Part shown: positions 1 through 9,156 of the stretch, piece by piece
Numbering within the stretch: the first letter of the stretch is position 1
Layout of the letters: every line of letters begins with the position of its first letter
Assembly: GCA_031414955.1 (NCBI GenBank)
Contig: JANOQV010000105.1
Location: 40,653-104,652 of the forward strand
DNA length: 64,000 nucleotides
Source of the DNA: Pedosphaera sp.
GTDB taxonomy: Bacteria > Verrucomicrobiota > Verrucomicrobiia > Limisphaerales > SIBH01
Reading direction: 5' to 3'
Notes under the pieces: model-generated
The model's database searches: none
What the model saw: only the letters and a program-made list of their open reading frames with translations
What the model was told of the DNA's origin: nothing
Position numbers and translations under genes: made by a program

Positions 1-879
1 CTCACGCTCGGAGTCAATGTGCAGCAGGGATCGCGCAGTCTGTCCTGGACCGGATCGGGCGTGCTGATTCCCTGCGAGGAAAAGGCGGCGGATGTTTTCG
101 CCCGGATGTTTTTGCAGGGCACCAGAGCGGAGACGGAGGCGCAGGTGCGCAAGCTGGAGACGGGGCAAAGCATTCTCGATGCGGTGGCCGGACAGGCGAA
201 GGATTTGCAGCGCCACGCCGGAGCGCGTGACCGCGACCGCCTTGATCAATACTTCACCAGCGTCCGCGATCTGGAGCAGCGGCTGAAGATGTCGCGCGAA
301 TGGGAACGGCAGCCCAAGCCGAAGACGACCGCCTCCGTCCCGCTCGATCCGGCCAGCCCCAAGGCCTACATGGAAAAGGTCAAACTGATGTACGACATGG
401 CCCGCCTGGCCTTCGAGACGGATTCCACCCGCGCCATCTCGCTCCTGCTCGACAGCGTGAACTCACCCGCCATCGACGTGGACGACGTGAAGATCACCGA
501 CGGCTATCACAACCTCTCGCACCACGGACGATCGAAGGAGAAACTGGCGCAGTTGAAAGCCATCGACGAATGGCACATGAAGCTGCTGGCGAACCTGTTC
601 ACCGAGCTCAAAGCCGTGCGCGAGGACGGCTCCACCCTGCTCGACCAGACCATGATTCTCTACGGCTCGAACCTCGGCAACGCCAACACCCATGTGACCA
701 CAAATCTGCCGACGCTCTTTGCCGGCGGCGGCTTCCGGCATGGCCAGCATCTGGCCTTCGACACGGAGCGGAATTACCCGCTGCCCAACCTCTTCGTCTC
801 CATGCTGCAACGCTTGGGATTGGAGACGGAGAAATTTGCCTCGGCCACGGGCACGATGCGCGGACTGGAGCTGGCCTAA
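1..879 (+). CDS. DUF1552 family protein, 5' end outside the window
   Basis: Motifs [52 protein letters not shown] and [10 protein letters not shown] are typical of the PVC DUF1552 family. Confidence 0.85.
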   Translation, partial: LTLGVNVQQGSRSLSWTGSGVLIPCEEKAADVFARMFLQGTRAETEAQVRKLETGQSILDAVAGQAKDLQRHAGARDRDRLDQYFTSVRDLEQRLKMSREWERQPKPKTTASVPLDPASPKAYMEKVKLMYDMARLAFETDSTRAISLLLDSVNSPAIDVDDVKITDGYHNLSHHGRSKEKLAQLKAIDEWHMKLLANLFTELKAVREDGSTLLDQTMILYGSNLGNANTHVTTNLPTLFAGGGFRHGQHLAFDTERNYPLPNLFVSMLQRLGLETEKFASATGTMRGLELA

Positions 880-888
880 GTTGCGCGA

Positions 889-1386
889 CTAGAAGACCAC
901 TTGGCCGAGAATTTGGTCGAGGCGGACTTTGACCAGCACCGAGACCGCGCGGTTGTCACCCATCACGTAATAGGTCTCGAATCCCAGCACCACGGCCTCA
1001 ATTGGCCAGGGAACTTGCGTCTCGACATACTTCTCCTCCAGGCGCGCGCCATTGATGTGGACGAGGCCGTTGGTGAAGCTGATTTCCTCGCCGGGCAGCC
1101 CGATGATGCGCTTGATGTAGATATTCTCGCTCGACACCTGCACCCCTACCACGTCGCCGCGCTGCGGGGGATCGGCACGGTAGGCGAACTTATTGATGAA
1201 ATGGCGTTCACCGGCGTGGTAGTTCGGCTCCATGCTGTCGCCGAGTATGCTCACCGGCCACAGCACCCAGCGGAGGATCGCGTAAATCACGAAGGCGACC
1301 AGCATGGCGGTGAAGAGCACCTTGAAGCGGAGCACTCCGAGCCGGCCCGCCTTTTCGCCGGGGATGATGAATTTCGTCCAGTCCAC
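889..1386 (-). CDS. lepB: Signal peptidase I (S26)
   Basis: TM segment followed by GDSMEP (catalytic Ser), IKRIIGLPGE (catalytic Lys) and VMGDNR. Start taken at GTG 1386 and uncertain. Confidence 0.85.
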   Translation of the reverse strand: MDWTKFIIPGEKAGRLGVLRFKVLFTAMLVAFVIYAILRWVLWPVSILGDSMEPNYHAGERHFINKFAYRADPPQRGDVVGVQVSSENIYIKRIIGLPGEEISFTNGLVHINGARLEEKYVETQVPWPIEAVVLGFETYYVMGDNRAVSVLVKVRLDQILGQVVF

Positions 1387-1742
1387 AAATTCAATTGTCT
1401 GCCCTGGACAGTCATCGGCGGTACGACGGCGGCACTGAATCCGATCGTTGAAATGGAGTTGTGCCTGGACACAACTCAACGCGCCTGGAGGCCGACGGGA
1501 AGGAACGGCTCTGAGTTGGAACGTCCGCAGTTGGGTCCGGCAGAAACCGTTCCAGCCGCGGCTGAGTTCATCCATGATTCTCTGTCTCCAGCGGTGGCTC
1601 TCCCCTTCCGACCTCTAGCCTTGGACTGAACTACACCCTACCTTCCCTCCTGCGCTTGCGACGGGCGCGTTCCCACTCACGCGCTGGTCCTCGCCCCCTG
1701 CACAGTGGTTGCCATGGGGCCGATCAAACGCTTCACTGGCTC

Positions 1743-2555
1743 ATGGCCTGGTCGAAAAAAAGAATCGCACTCGTCGCACTCCTGATCGTATGCGCTGCGA
1801 ACAGCCTGTTGCTCGTGGCCATCCTCCTGGGGCAGCGTTGGCTGGCCCGCCCGCTCTTTCCCGCCGGAGCCGCGCGCTCCCTCATCGCCTACGAACCGTT
1901 CGACTATCCGTCCGACACCCTCCTCGAGGGCCAGGGCGGCGGGCATGGTTTTGCCGGCCCGTGGGAACCAGGTGGTTTCAACGTCGCCCGATCCGACGTC
2001 ATCCAGATCAACCCCGGTGCGCTCACCTTCTCCAACCTCGCGACCACGGGCGCGAATCATCTCCGCATCGACGCGCCGCCGGAAGGCGATGCCTCCATCT
2101 GCGGACTGGCCCGACGGCTTGGCTCCGACCTCGCTGCGGCCGGGGGCACGTATTATCTCAGCTTCCTCTACCGTCCCCTGGGCGAAGGCGGGTATGGCAC
2201 CCTCGTGCTCGGAACGGGCCAGGGACGCGAGCTTTCGATGGGCAAATCCAGTTCCGGAGCTCAGTTTCACCTCTCGCAACGGGGCGGGACGGGGCGGGTC
2301 TTTTCCGATCAGGAAGTCATCGTGGGGCAGACGGTGTTCCTCGTGGTCAAGCTCGAGTTCCGCGACGGCCCGGACCGTTTCACCCTTCAGGTAAACCCTG
2401 CCCCCGGCCAACCCGAGCCGGCCGGCGGCTTCGTGAAAGAAGACCTCGATCTCACCGCCGCCAGCCACCTGATGATCTATTCGCGCGCCGCCTGGAGCCT
2501 GGATGAACTCCGCCTCGGCACCTCTTGGGCCGCAGTGACTCCAGCACGCCATTAA
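1743..2555 (+). CDS. Membrane-anchored or secreted beta-sandwich (lectin-like) hypothetical protein
   Basis: N-terminal hydrophobic anchor. YEPFDY...GGHGFAGPW start and DELRLGTSWAAV end resemble domains common in PVC exoproteins. Confidence 0.6.
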   Translation: MAWSKKRIALVALLIVCAANSLLLVAILLGQRWLARPLFPAGAARSLIAYEPFDYPSDTLLEGQGGGHGFAGPWEPGGFNVARSDVIQINPGALTFSNLATTGANHLRIDAPPEGDASICGLARRLGSDLAAAGGTYYLSFLYRPLGEGGYGTLVLGTGQGRELSMGKSSSGAQFHLSQRGGTGRVFSDQEVIVGQTVFLVVKLEFRDGPDRFTLQVNPAPGQPEPAGGFVKEDLDLTAASHLMIYSRAAWSLDELRLGTSWAAVTPARH

Positions 2556-2640
2556 CCTGGAGCCGGGAAGATCAGAGTCCAAGTCCGCTCGTCCGGTGTT
2601 GGGGAAAGATTCGCGACGTAGTATTGAGCCGTAGTTCTAA

Positions 2641-2818
2641 AAGCCTGTCTGAAAAATCGTTTGGGCGGCGCAGGCCACTGGCCCCGGAGTGCGCCCGTCC
2701 CCGGGCGCAGCCACTTGGCCAAGGCGGACGGTGTGGATTTTTCCAACGCGCTCGGCGTCATCACCTGGCTGCGCCCGAGGACGGGCGCACTCCGGGGCCG
2801 AATTTTCAGACCGGCTCT
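2641..2818. mobile_element. MITE-like element: IS-type terminal inverted repeats enclosing a REP doublet
   Basis: Ends AGCCTGTCTGAAAA / TTTTCAGACCGGCT. Internal ~34-bp arms GGCCCCGGAGTGCGCCCGTCCCCGGGCGCAGCCA / TGGCTGCGCCCGAGGACGGGCGCACTCCGGGGCC. Confidence 0.65.
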
Positions 2819-3028
2819 CTGACTGAATTCAGACTTCTGCCCCCGATCCACTTCGATGTTCGCTGGGGTATAGAACTCAAACCTTGGCTTCACATGCTTG
2901 TTCCGCGTAACAGAAACTTCCCTTGTCCGACACATTTTCGTAACCTTTCACCGAACCCAAACATTCCAGAAGCCGTGCTCTGACTCTCAGCGCACTCTCT
3001 TTTGGAGCAGTGCAAAAACTCGAAAGCT

Positions 3029-5344
3029 ATGAAAACGTCCATGCATCCCTTGGGATGGAGCCGAACGCGGCCATCCTTTTCCCCTCGCAAAATCACCGCC
3101 ACACTGCTCGCCGTATTGGCGCTCGGCGCGGCTTCCTTAACGGCCCGTGCGGCCAACATCCTGTGGGTCAGCGACGCGCCTCCAGGCACCGCGAACAACA
3201 GCGTGTTCTCCGGGCCAGGCACAAGTTTCACCGATCAGGGCTTTGTGAAACTGCTCCAGGACGCCGGGCACAACGTCAACCGCATGAACACCCCGGACAG
3301 CGGAGCGACCAACATCACGGTCGCGGAACTCGCGGCCATGAACACCAATGACCTGATCATCGTGGGCCGCGCCGCGGGCAGCGCCGGGTGGCAAAACAAC
3401 CAGGCCACGAACTGGAATCGCGATGTGACCCGGCCGGTCGTCATCATGAGTCCCTATCTGGTGCGCACCGACGGCAATCGCGTCGGCTGGTTTGGCGGCG
3501 GCAATGGCGTCCTGCCCGACTCCACCCCTGCGCCTTTGACTCCTGGCCTGTCCGGCCATCCGGTGATTGATTATATCTTCCAGGATGTCCCGACCAGCGG
3601 GACCAACACGACCGAGCTTTTCGAGGAACCGATGGACCGCAACACCAGCCTGATTGCGAATCCTCCGGTCGCCGGGGCTTTGGTCATCGCCACGGCCACG
3701 TTCGCCCGCGAGGACAATCTGGCCATCATCACCAATGCCAACGTCATCGTCGGTTTCCCGGCCGGGACAGTGGTGCGAGGCGGTTTTGATGTCCTCCCGG
3801 CCTACCGGATGTTTTGGGGCGGCGGCACGCGCGAATCGGCCACGGCCCTCAACGTCATTCCGCTCTACACCGGCCGCGAGAATCTCACGCCCACGGGCGA
3901 AAGGGTTTTCCTGCGCTCGATCGAGATCGCCTTGAACAGCGGCGTGGCCCCCACCACCAACGATGGCCCGGCGGGGATTTCCAGCCAACCGGCCAACGTC
4001 ACGGTGCCGCAGGACACCGCGACCGCCTTCTCCGTGACTGCGACCGGCGCGACTCCGCGGCTCGTTTTCTGGCAGCGCGGCGATGGCGTGGGCGGTTTCA
4101 CGAACATTCCCAACACGGAGAGCGTGCTGACCAAATCCACGTTAAAGATTCCTGTAGCCGGGCTGACGGACAGTGGCGCGCAGTTTCAAGCCGTGGTTTC
4201 CAACTCCCTGATCATGGCGACCAGCGACGTGGTGACACTGACGGTGACCGCCGACACGGATGCGCCCCTGGTGCTGGGCGCGGCCAGCCTGGACGGCCTG
4301 AACATCGTGGTCTGTTACAATGAACTGGTGCAGCCGGGCACCGCCGGCGACGCCGGCAATTACCAGATCAACGGCGGCCTGGGACCGGATGTGTCCCTAG
4401 CCACCATGCGCCCCGACGGACGCTCGGTGAATCTGCTCCTGCTTAGCCCCATGGGCAGCACGGCCACGGTGGACGTGCTGGCGCGGAGCGACAACAACGG
4501 CAACTTCTCCGCCGATCCGGTGACCCTGACGGCCACGAATTACGGGCTGACCGGCGTCGATGTCGGGGTGCTCAATCCCGTGGGCGCGAACGTGGCCTGC
4601 GACGCGAACAGCTTCAGCGTGACCGGCGGCGGTCTGGACATGGCCAGCACGGCGGACTTCCTTCGCTTCGTGTACAAGAACATCACCGGTCCCTTCGACG
4701 CGCGGGTGCGGGTCGTCTCGTTCGTGGGCACCAACGACCACTTCGAGACCACGGCCAAGGCGGCGCTCACCGCGCGTGAAACCACGGCCAACAACTCCAC
4801 GGCGGTGAACATTTTTATCACGCCAGCCGCTCCGGGAGACAACAACATCGTCTCAAACTTCCGCGGCGCGATCGCCGCCGTTACGAACTCGCTGGGCGCG
4901 AGCGTCCCGCGCACGACCTCGAACACCTGGTTGCGCATCCGCCGCGTGGGCAGCGCCTTCACCACCTACCACAGCACCAACGGCACGGACTGGGTGACCT
5001 ACGGCACGGCCACGACGGTGTTCGGTCCCACCATGAGCGTCGGCGTCGGCGTGGTCTCGCACCGTAACGGCAAGGTCGTCACCGGCACTTTCAGCGATTT
5101 CACCATCGTACCGGTGCTGCTCCCGACCATGCTGACCAACTCGGTGCCGGGCGTCGGCACCTTCACCTCGTCCTTCCAGACGCAGAATGGATTCAGCTAC
5201 ACGGTGGAATACAAGGATGACCTGAACCTGGTCCCGTGGACTTGGCTGGAAACCATCCCCGGCGACGGCACGCTCAAGACCTTCACCGATCTCGGCCCGG
5301 CTTCGCTGACCGGCACGCGCGTGTATCGGGTCAACGCGCAATAA
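3029..5344 (+). CDS. Large secreted protein with Ig-like and ConA/DUF1349-like domains and a verrucomicrobial C-terminal tail
   Basis: Signal peptide ending ARA; ISSQP..VTV Ig repeat; WLRIRRVGSAFTTYHSTNGTDW; tail YTVEYKDDL..W...GDG...FTD...VYRV. Confidence 0.7.
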   Translation: MKTSMHPLGWSRTRPSFSPRKITATLLAVLALGAASLTARAANILWVSDAPPGTANNSVFSGPGTSFTDQGFVKLLQDAGHNVNRMNTPDSGATNITVAELAAMNTNDLIIVGRAAGSAGWQNNQATNWNRDVTRPVVIMSPYLVRTDGNRVGWFGGGNGVLPDSTPAPLTPGLSGHPVIDYIFQDVPTSGTNTTELFEEPMDRNTSLIANPPVAGALVIATATFAREDNLAIITNANVIVGFPAGTVVRGGFDVLPAYRMFWGGGTRESATALNVIPLYTGRENLTPTGERVFLRSIEIALNSGVAPTTNDGPAGISSQPANVTVPQDTATAFSVTATGATPRLVFWQRGDGVGGFTNIPNTESVLTKSTLKIPVAGLTDSGAQFQAVVSNSLIMATSDVVTLTVTADTDAPLVLGAASLDGLNIVVCYNELVQPGTAGDAGNYQINGGLGPDVSLATMRPDGRSVNLLLLSPMGSTATVDVLARSDNNGNFSADPVTLTATNYGLTGVDVGVLNPVGANVACDANSFSVTGGGLDMASTADFLRFVYKNITGPFDARVRVVSFVGTNDHFETTAKAALTARETTANNSTAVNIFITPAAPGDNNIVSNFRGAIAAVTNSLGASVPRTTSNTWLRIRRVGSAFTTYHSTNGTDWVTYGTATTVFGPTMSVGVGVVSHRNGKVVTGTFSDFTIVPVLLPTMLTNSVPGVGTFTSSFQTQNGFSYTVEYKDDLNLVPWTWLETIPGDGTLKTFTDLGPASLTGTRVYRVNAQ

Positions 5345-5378
5345 GCTAGCCAACCCAGTTGGGACCAACCACTTCGTC

Positions 5379-5412
5379 ACGCCGCGCCCCTCGGGGCGCG
5401 GCGTTTTGCTTT
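5379..5412 (+). terminator. Rho-independent terminator
   Basis: ACGCCGCGCCCC-TC-GGGGCGCGGCGT hairpin followed by TTTGCTTT, 35 nt after the stop codon. Confidence 0.75.
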
Positions 5413-5508
5413 CCAGACCGAGGCGGGCCATTGGTTCCTGATGGCCCCGCAATTCCCCTACGCCGAGACCGGGGTTGCAGCGCGGCGGTCTTTCGCTAAC
5501 CTGCGCGC

Positions 5509-6114
5509 GTGCCGGGCCAGCAAATTTTTCATCTTCGCCGCGTGTTCCTAACCGCGTTTCTCGGCGTCATTCTCCTGGCCTTTCCAAAACTTCAAGCCAC
5601 CAGCGTGCGCGCTCCGGGCTTCCACGCGCTGGTGGATCGCGCCGAACTTATCTTCACCGGCCAGATGCTCTCGCAGCACTGCGAGTGGCGCGTCCTCGAA
5701 GGGCGGCGCAGCATCGTCACGCTGGTGTCGTTCGGCGTGGAAAGGTGGCACAAGGGTGTGTCCCCGGCGGTGGTCACGTTGCAATTCCTCGGCGGCACGA
5801 TGGGCGAGATCACTTTGAGTGTGTCGGAGATGCCAAGGTTCAAGACCGGCGAACGCACCGTGCTCTTCGTCGAAGGCAACGGGGTGACGGCCTGCCCGGT
5901 GATTGGGTTTTATCACGGACGCTTCTCGCTGAAGCGCGATGACTCAGGCCGCGAGATCGTGCTCAAGCACGATGGTGAACCGCTGACCGAAACCAGCGGC
6001 GCGGGCCAGGACAAGGCGGTGAAGCAAGCACCGTCCGCGCCCCGCCCGGCCCTGTCACACGACGAATTTTCCACCGTGGTCCGTGCCCGCGTCGCCGCCG
6101 CGCCTCGCCCTTGA
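5509..6114 (+). CDS. Secreted hypothetical protein, probable NTR/TIMP-like OB fold
   Basis: Signal peptide, then LVDRAELIFTGQ...V.F.VE..KG...LGG...P.F..GE..VLF pattern. Abuts the matrixin gene. Confidence 0.55.
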   Translation: MPGQQIFHLRRVFLTAFLGVILLAFPKLQATSVRAPGFHALVDRAELIFTGQMLSQHCEWRVLEGRRSIVTLVSFGVERWHKGVSPAVVTLQFLGGTMGEITLSVSEMPRFKTGERTVLFVEGNGVTACPVIGFYHGRFSLKRDDSGREIVLKHDGEPLTETSGAGQDKAVKQAPSAPRPALSHDEFSTVVRARVAAAPRP

Positions 6115-6116
6115 CC

Positions 6117-7226
6117 ATGAAACAGCTTGCTGTCATCGCCTTGCTCTTCCTCGGGTGCTCCGCCCGCGTGGCGCACGGCTACGACTTCCTCGGCCTGCGC
6201 CCGCTCAAGTGGGAGCCGGGCAGCATCGCGATGGATTTGCAACTCAACGCCACCCAGCCGCCGGAACCTTTGCGCGATGGCCGCAGTTCGTGGAATTCCG
6301 TCGCGCAGTCGGCCCTCGGACTCTGGAACGCGCGCCTCTCCCAGGTGCGATTCACCACCTTCACGGACAACACGCACGGCCAAGGCAACCGCAAGAACGA
6401 GGTCTTTTTCAGCCCCACGATTTACGGGCACGCCTTCGGACGGGATGTGCTGGCCGTGACCACGGTCTGGCGCGTCGGCCGCGCGCGCGTCGAAGCGGAC
6501 ACCATTTTCAACACTGCCATCGACTGGAACTCCTACCGGGGCGAACTCGGCGTCAGCAGCATGGATCTGCGCCGCGTGGCCCTCCATGAGTTCGGTCACA
6601 CGCTCGGGCTGGACCATCCCGATCAGGCCCGGCAGATCCGCGTCGCGATCATGAACAGCACCATTTCCGATCTCGACACCCTGGCCACCGACGACATCCG
6701 CGGCGTGCGCGGCCTCTATCCGTCGTTTGACCGCTACGTGCTCGACCTACAGGTGCTCTCGACCGGACGGGGCGTCATCCTGGCCGATCCCGCGCCCGGC
6801 CCGGACGGCAAATATCCCGCCGGCCAGATCGTCACGCTCACGGCCCGGCCGCGCCGGGGCAACCGCTTCAACTATTGGGACACGACCTCCGACCCCACCC
6901 GCCGGACCATCCGGGTGCAAGTGGTCGAGAACGAAACCATTCGCGCCGACTTCTCCACCAATCGCGCCCCGCTCATCACGGTGCAGCCCCGGGGGAAACT
7001 CGCCTCCTACGCCGAGACGGTGAGCTTCCGCGTGGCCGCGTTGAACGCCACCGGCGCGAGCCACCAATGGCAGTATAATCATGTCGATCTTCGTAATGCC
7101 ACGAATGCCTCGCTGGTGTTGTATCTCGTGACTCATGGCGACTCAGGACTCTACTCCTGCCGCGTCACCACGCCGCGCGGCTCCACGCAGAGCCGGTCCG
7201 CGCGGCTGGTTGTGGACGGCTATTGA
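6117..7226 (+). CDS. Matrixin (M10)-like zinc metalloprotease with C-terminal repeat and Ig domains
   Basis: HEFGHTLGLDH zinc motif, Met-turn AIMNS, DDIRGVRGLY, signal peptide, and a C-terminal Ig domain (DSGLYSCRV). Confidence 0.85.
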   Translation: MKQLAVIALLFLGCSARVAHGYDFLGLRPLKWEPGSIAMDLQLNATQPPEPLRDGRSSWNSVAQSALGLWNARLSQVRFTTFTDNTHGQGNRKNEVFFSPTIYGHAFGRDVLAVTTVWRVGRARVEADTIFNTAIDWNSYRGELGVSSMDLRRVALHEFGHTLGLDHPDQARQIRVAIMNSTISDLDTLATDDIRGVRGLYPSFDRYVLDLQVLSTGRGVILADPAPGPDGKYPAGQIVTLTARPRRGNRFNYWDTTSDPTRRTIRVQVVENETIRADFSTNRAPLITVQPRGKLASYAETVSFRVAALNATGASHQWQYNHVDLRNATNASLVLYLVTHGDSGLYSCRVTTPRGSTQSRSARLVVDGY

Positions 7227-7302
7227 CCGGCTGCGCGCCTGGTTGGGAGGCAGGGCTTTTCGCTCCTCCGCGCCGCCCGCTGTCTCCGCCGCTTCCCGTC
7301 TC

Positions 7303-7773
7303 GTGAAACGCTGCGCCGATGGCAGCGTGGTGGAATTTGGTCGCGGACGCTTCGATGACTGGTGCGTTTACGTGCGCCGGCCCGGAGGCGAACGCCGCGC
7401 GCCGCGCGACGTCGATTACTTCTCGGAGTTGAAGCAGTTGCACGCGCAACACCCCGGGCTGCACGACGACTTCATCACCGTGTTCATGGCGACCGGGAAG
7501 GCAATCGATCCCGTCGTCAGCGAACGCATTTCCGAACTGGCCGGATCGTATCCCGCCCCCCTGCGCACCGACCTCGAGGTGCTGCTGGCCACGCTATACG
7601 CCGCCATGATCGCCGAGGAAAACCGCGCCCACGCCCCGCTCGGCAAACGCATCAAGCGACTCGGCGTGCATCAGGTGCTGGTGGAAGGAATGCCGGTGGA
7701 GGAGGCCGCGAACTTCAGCCGGGGCAAACCGTGGCGGGAATTGGAGCAGATCTGCGTAGCGCGCGGGTTTTAG
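7303..7773 (+). CDS. Conserved hypothetical helical protein of a family recalled next to DNA adenine methyltransferases (possibly DUF7004)
   Basis: Motifs DGS.VEFGRGRFDDWCVY, APRDVDYF, MIAEEN, LGKRIKRLGVHQ and AANFSRGKPWREL..C..RGF. Start uncertain (GTG 7303 or TTG 7210). Family name is from memory. Confidence 0.6.
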   Translation: MKRCADGSVVEFGRGRFDDWCVYVRRPGGERRAPRDVDYFSELKQLHAQHPGLHDDFITVFMATGKAIDPVVSERISELAGSYPAPLRTDLEVLLATLYAAMIAEENRAHAPLGKRIKRLGVHQVLVEGMPVEEAANFSRGKPWRELEQICVARGF

Positions 7774-7800
7774 CAGGCGTTGGCAGCCGGAGAAAAACAG

Positions 7801-7924
7801 GGTCTCGCGAAGGCGGCAAAGGAGGCGAAGGAGAAAATAAAGTCCTCCTTGATTGCGCCCGCAACTGAACGAGTGAAGTTTTCCGACACCGCCTCCTCAA
7901 TTCCTTCGCCGCCTTCGCGAGACC
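7801..7924. repeat. Intergenic inverted repeat between convergent genes
   Basis: Perfect 17-bp arms GGTCTCGCGAAGGCGGC (7801-7817) / GCCGCCTTCGCGAGACC (7908-7924). Confidence 0.75.
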
Positions 7925-7949
7925 ATCCCTTGCCGTTTCACATTTCCGA

Positions 7950-8348
7950 CTACTCCAGCGGCAGCCCGAAGTAGAGCCGCAGCCACGGCTCCAGTTCCTC
8001 GAACTCGACCGCCTTGCCCGTGGAGACGAGGAACGAGCGCATGTTGTCCGAGAAACCCGTGCCGGCGAAGACCACCAGGCCGGGGATGGGCCAGGCCTCG
8101 ATGTCCTTGATCGTGGCCGGGATTTTTTCCTCCGCGCTGCCGACCACGGATTGGAATTTGCATTCGAGTCCGAGTGTCTTGCGTGACCCGGGATGAATGA
8201 GCACCACGTCGATGTGGCGCACCGCGCCCCAGATGCGGCGGGCCACCCGGACCTGCTCGCGCGCTTCCAGTCCAAGTTCCTGGCCGAGCGCCACCACGGC
8301 CTTGGCCAGCCCGTCTCCATTCTGAACTGCAAGCGCGCGTCCGGCCAT
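7950..8348 (-). CDS. Small PD-(D/E)XK nuclease, putative restriction endonuclease
   Basis: RHIDVVL...LECKFQSVVGSAEEKIP motif (ID...ECK). Last gene of the methyltransferase operon. Confidence 0.7.
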   Translation of the reverse strand: MAGRALAVQNGDGLAKAVVALGQELGLEAREQVRVARRIWGAVRHIDVVLIHPGSRKTLGLECKFQSVVGSAEEKIPATIKDIEAWPIPGLVVFAGTGFSDNMRSFLVSTGKAVEFEELEPWLRLYFGLPLE

Positions 8349-8349
8349 G

Positions 8350-9156
8350 TCAGTCTTCCGCTCTGAAAATATGAAGCTGGTGCCTCATCCCACTTTCGAG
8401 CAACCAAATCTCATCCTCTCCGTTAACAACTTCGAGGATCGTCTCAACAAATAATTTCTCAAAGAACCAGCGAATCTGTGCTGCCCTGCATTCCGCTTCG
8501 TTCATGTCTTTTCCGCTCCCACACGGAAAAATAAACCTTACAACTGCCGTGGTTTCATCAACCAGGTACCGATTAACGCCAACAGCTTCCGCTTCCACAA
8601 TTTCCCTTCTGCTCTTGAGGTTTCCAACCTTGAAACGACCGCTGACGTGACTAATGGAATACCCGCCGAAAACGTCGGAGATCCACTTGCATAGTCGTTC
8701 GAGGAATTCGTCATTGGTTTCGTCTTTCCGAGGAAACTGAGCTTCGAGCTTGTCGAATCCGATAGCTTTTAGCCGGGGAACAACTGCGTCTTTGAAGAAC
8801 AAAGAATCGAGAGCCGACTTAAGCCATTCCTCATTTCGTAATGGCATGAAGAATTCAAATAGCAGGACATGGTTGTAGCAAATGGCCTGGTATTTGCGCC
8901 GGAAGCGGCGCTTCTGCGTGGCAATCTCGTCTCGAAATTTCGGCCAAGTGAATTGCCGGAACGCTAGAATTACCCGAAACGTGTTCCCCGGGCGTGGCTC
9001 AAGAAGTGACCTGAATTGTTTTGACAGATAAGTGTCGAAAGAACTCCGACTGAACCCCGTCGCGGCACGAAACTCATCCAGCGTAAACGGCTCCTGAGTG
9101 ATGCAGCGTTGGTGCAAAAAATCGAACGCTTTGTGATGGTCAGATCCGAGTGTCAT
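8350..9156 (-). CDS. Low-GC hypothetical protein: N-terminal HTH-like region plus a possible PII/ferredoxin-like domain
   Basis: 268-aa ORF coupled to the methyltransferase stop (ATGA overlap). FTLDEFRAATGFSRSSFDTYL is HTH-like. Visibly AT-richer than its flanks. Confidence 0.65.
   Translation of the reverse strand: MTLGSDHHKAFDFLHQRCITQEPFTLDEFRAATGFSRSSFDTYLSKQFRSLLEPRPGNTFRVILAFRQFTWPKFRDEIATQKRRFRRKYQAICYNHVLLFEFFMPLRNEEWLKSALDSLFFKDAVVPRLKAIGFDKLEAQFPRKDETNDEFLERLCKWISDVFGGYSISHVSGRFKVGNLKSRREIVEAEAVGVNRYLVDETTAVVRFIFPCGSGKDMNEAECRAAQIRWFFEKLFVETILEVVNGEDEIWLLESGMRHQLHIFRAED

Noticed and set aside
1456..1553. Two hairpins upstream of the signal peptidase gene as a riboswitch
   Set aside because: The stems are real (GAGTTGTG/CACAACTC and GGAACGG/CCGTTCC), but no known aptamer consensus is recognisable and nothing else supports a function.
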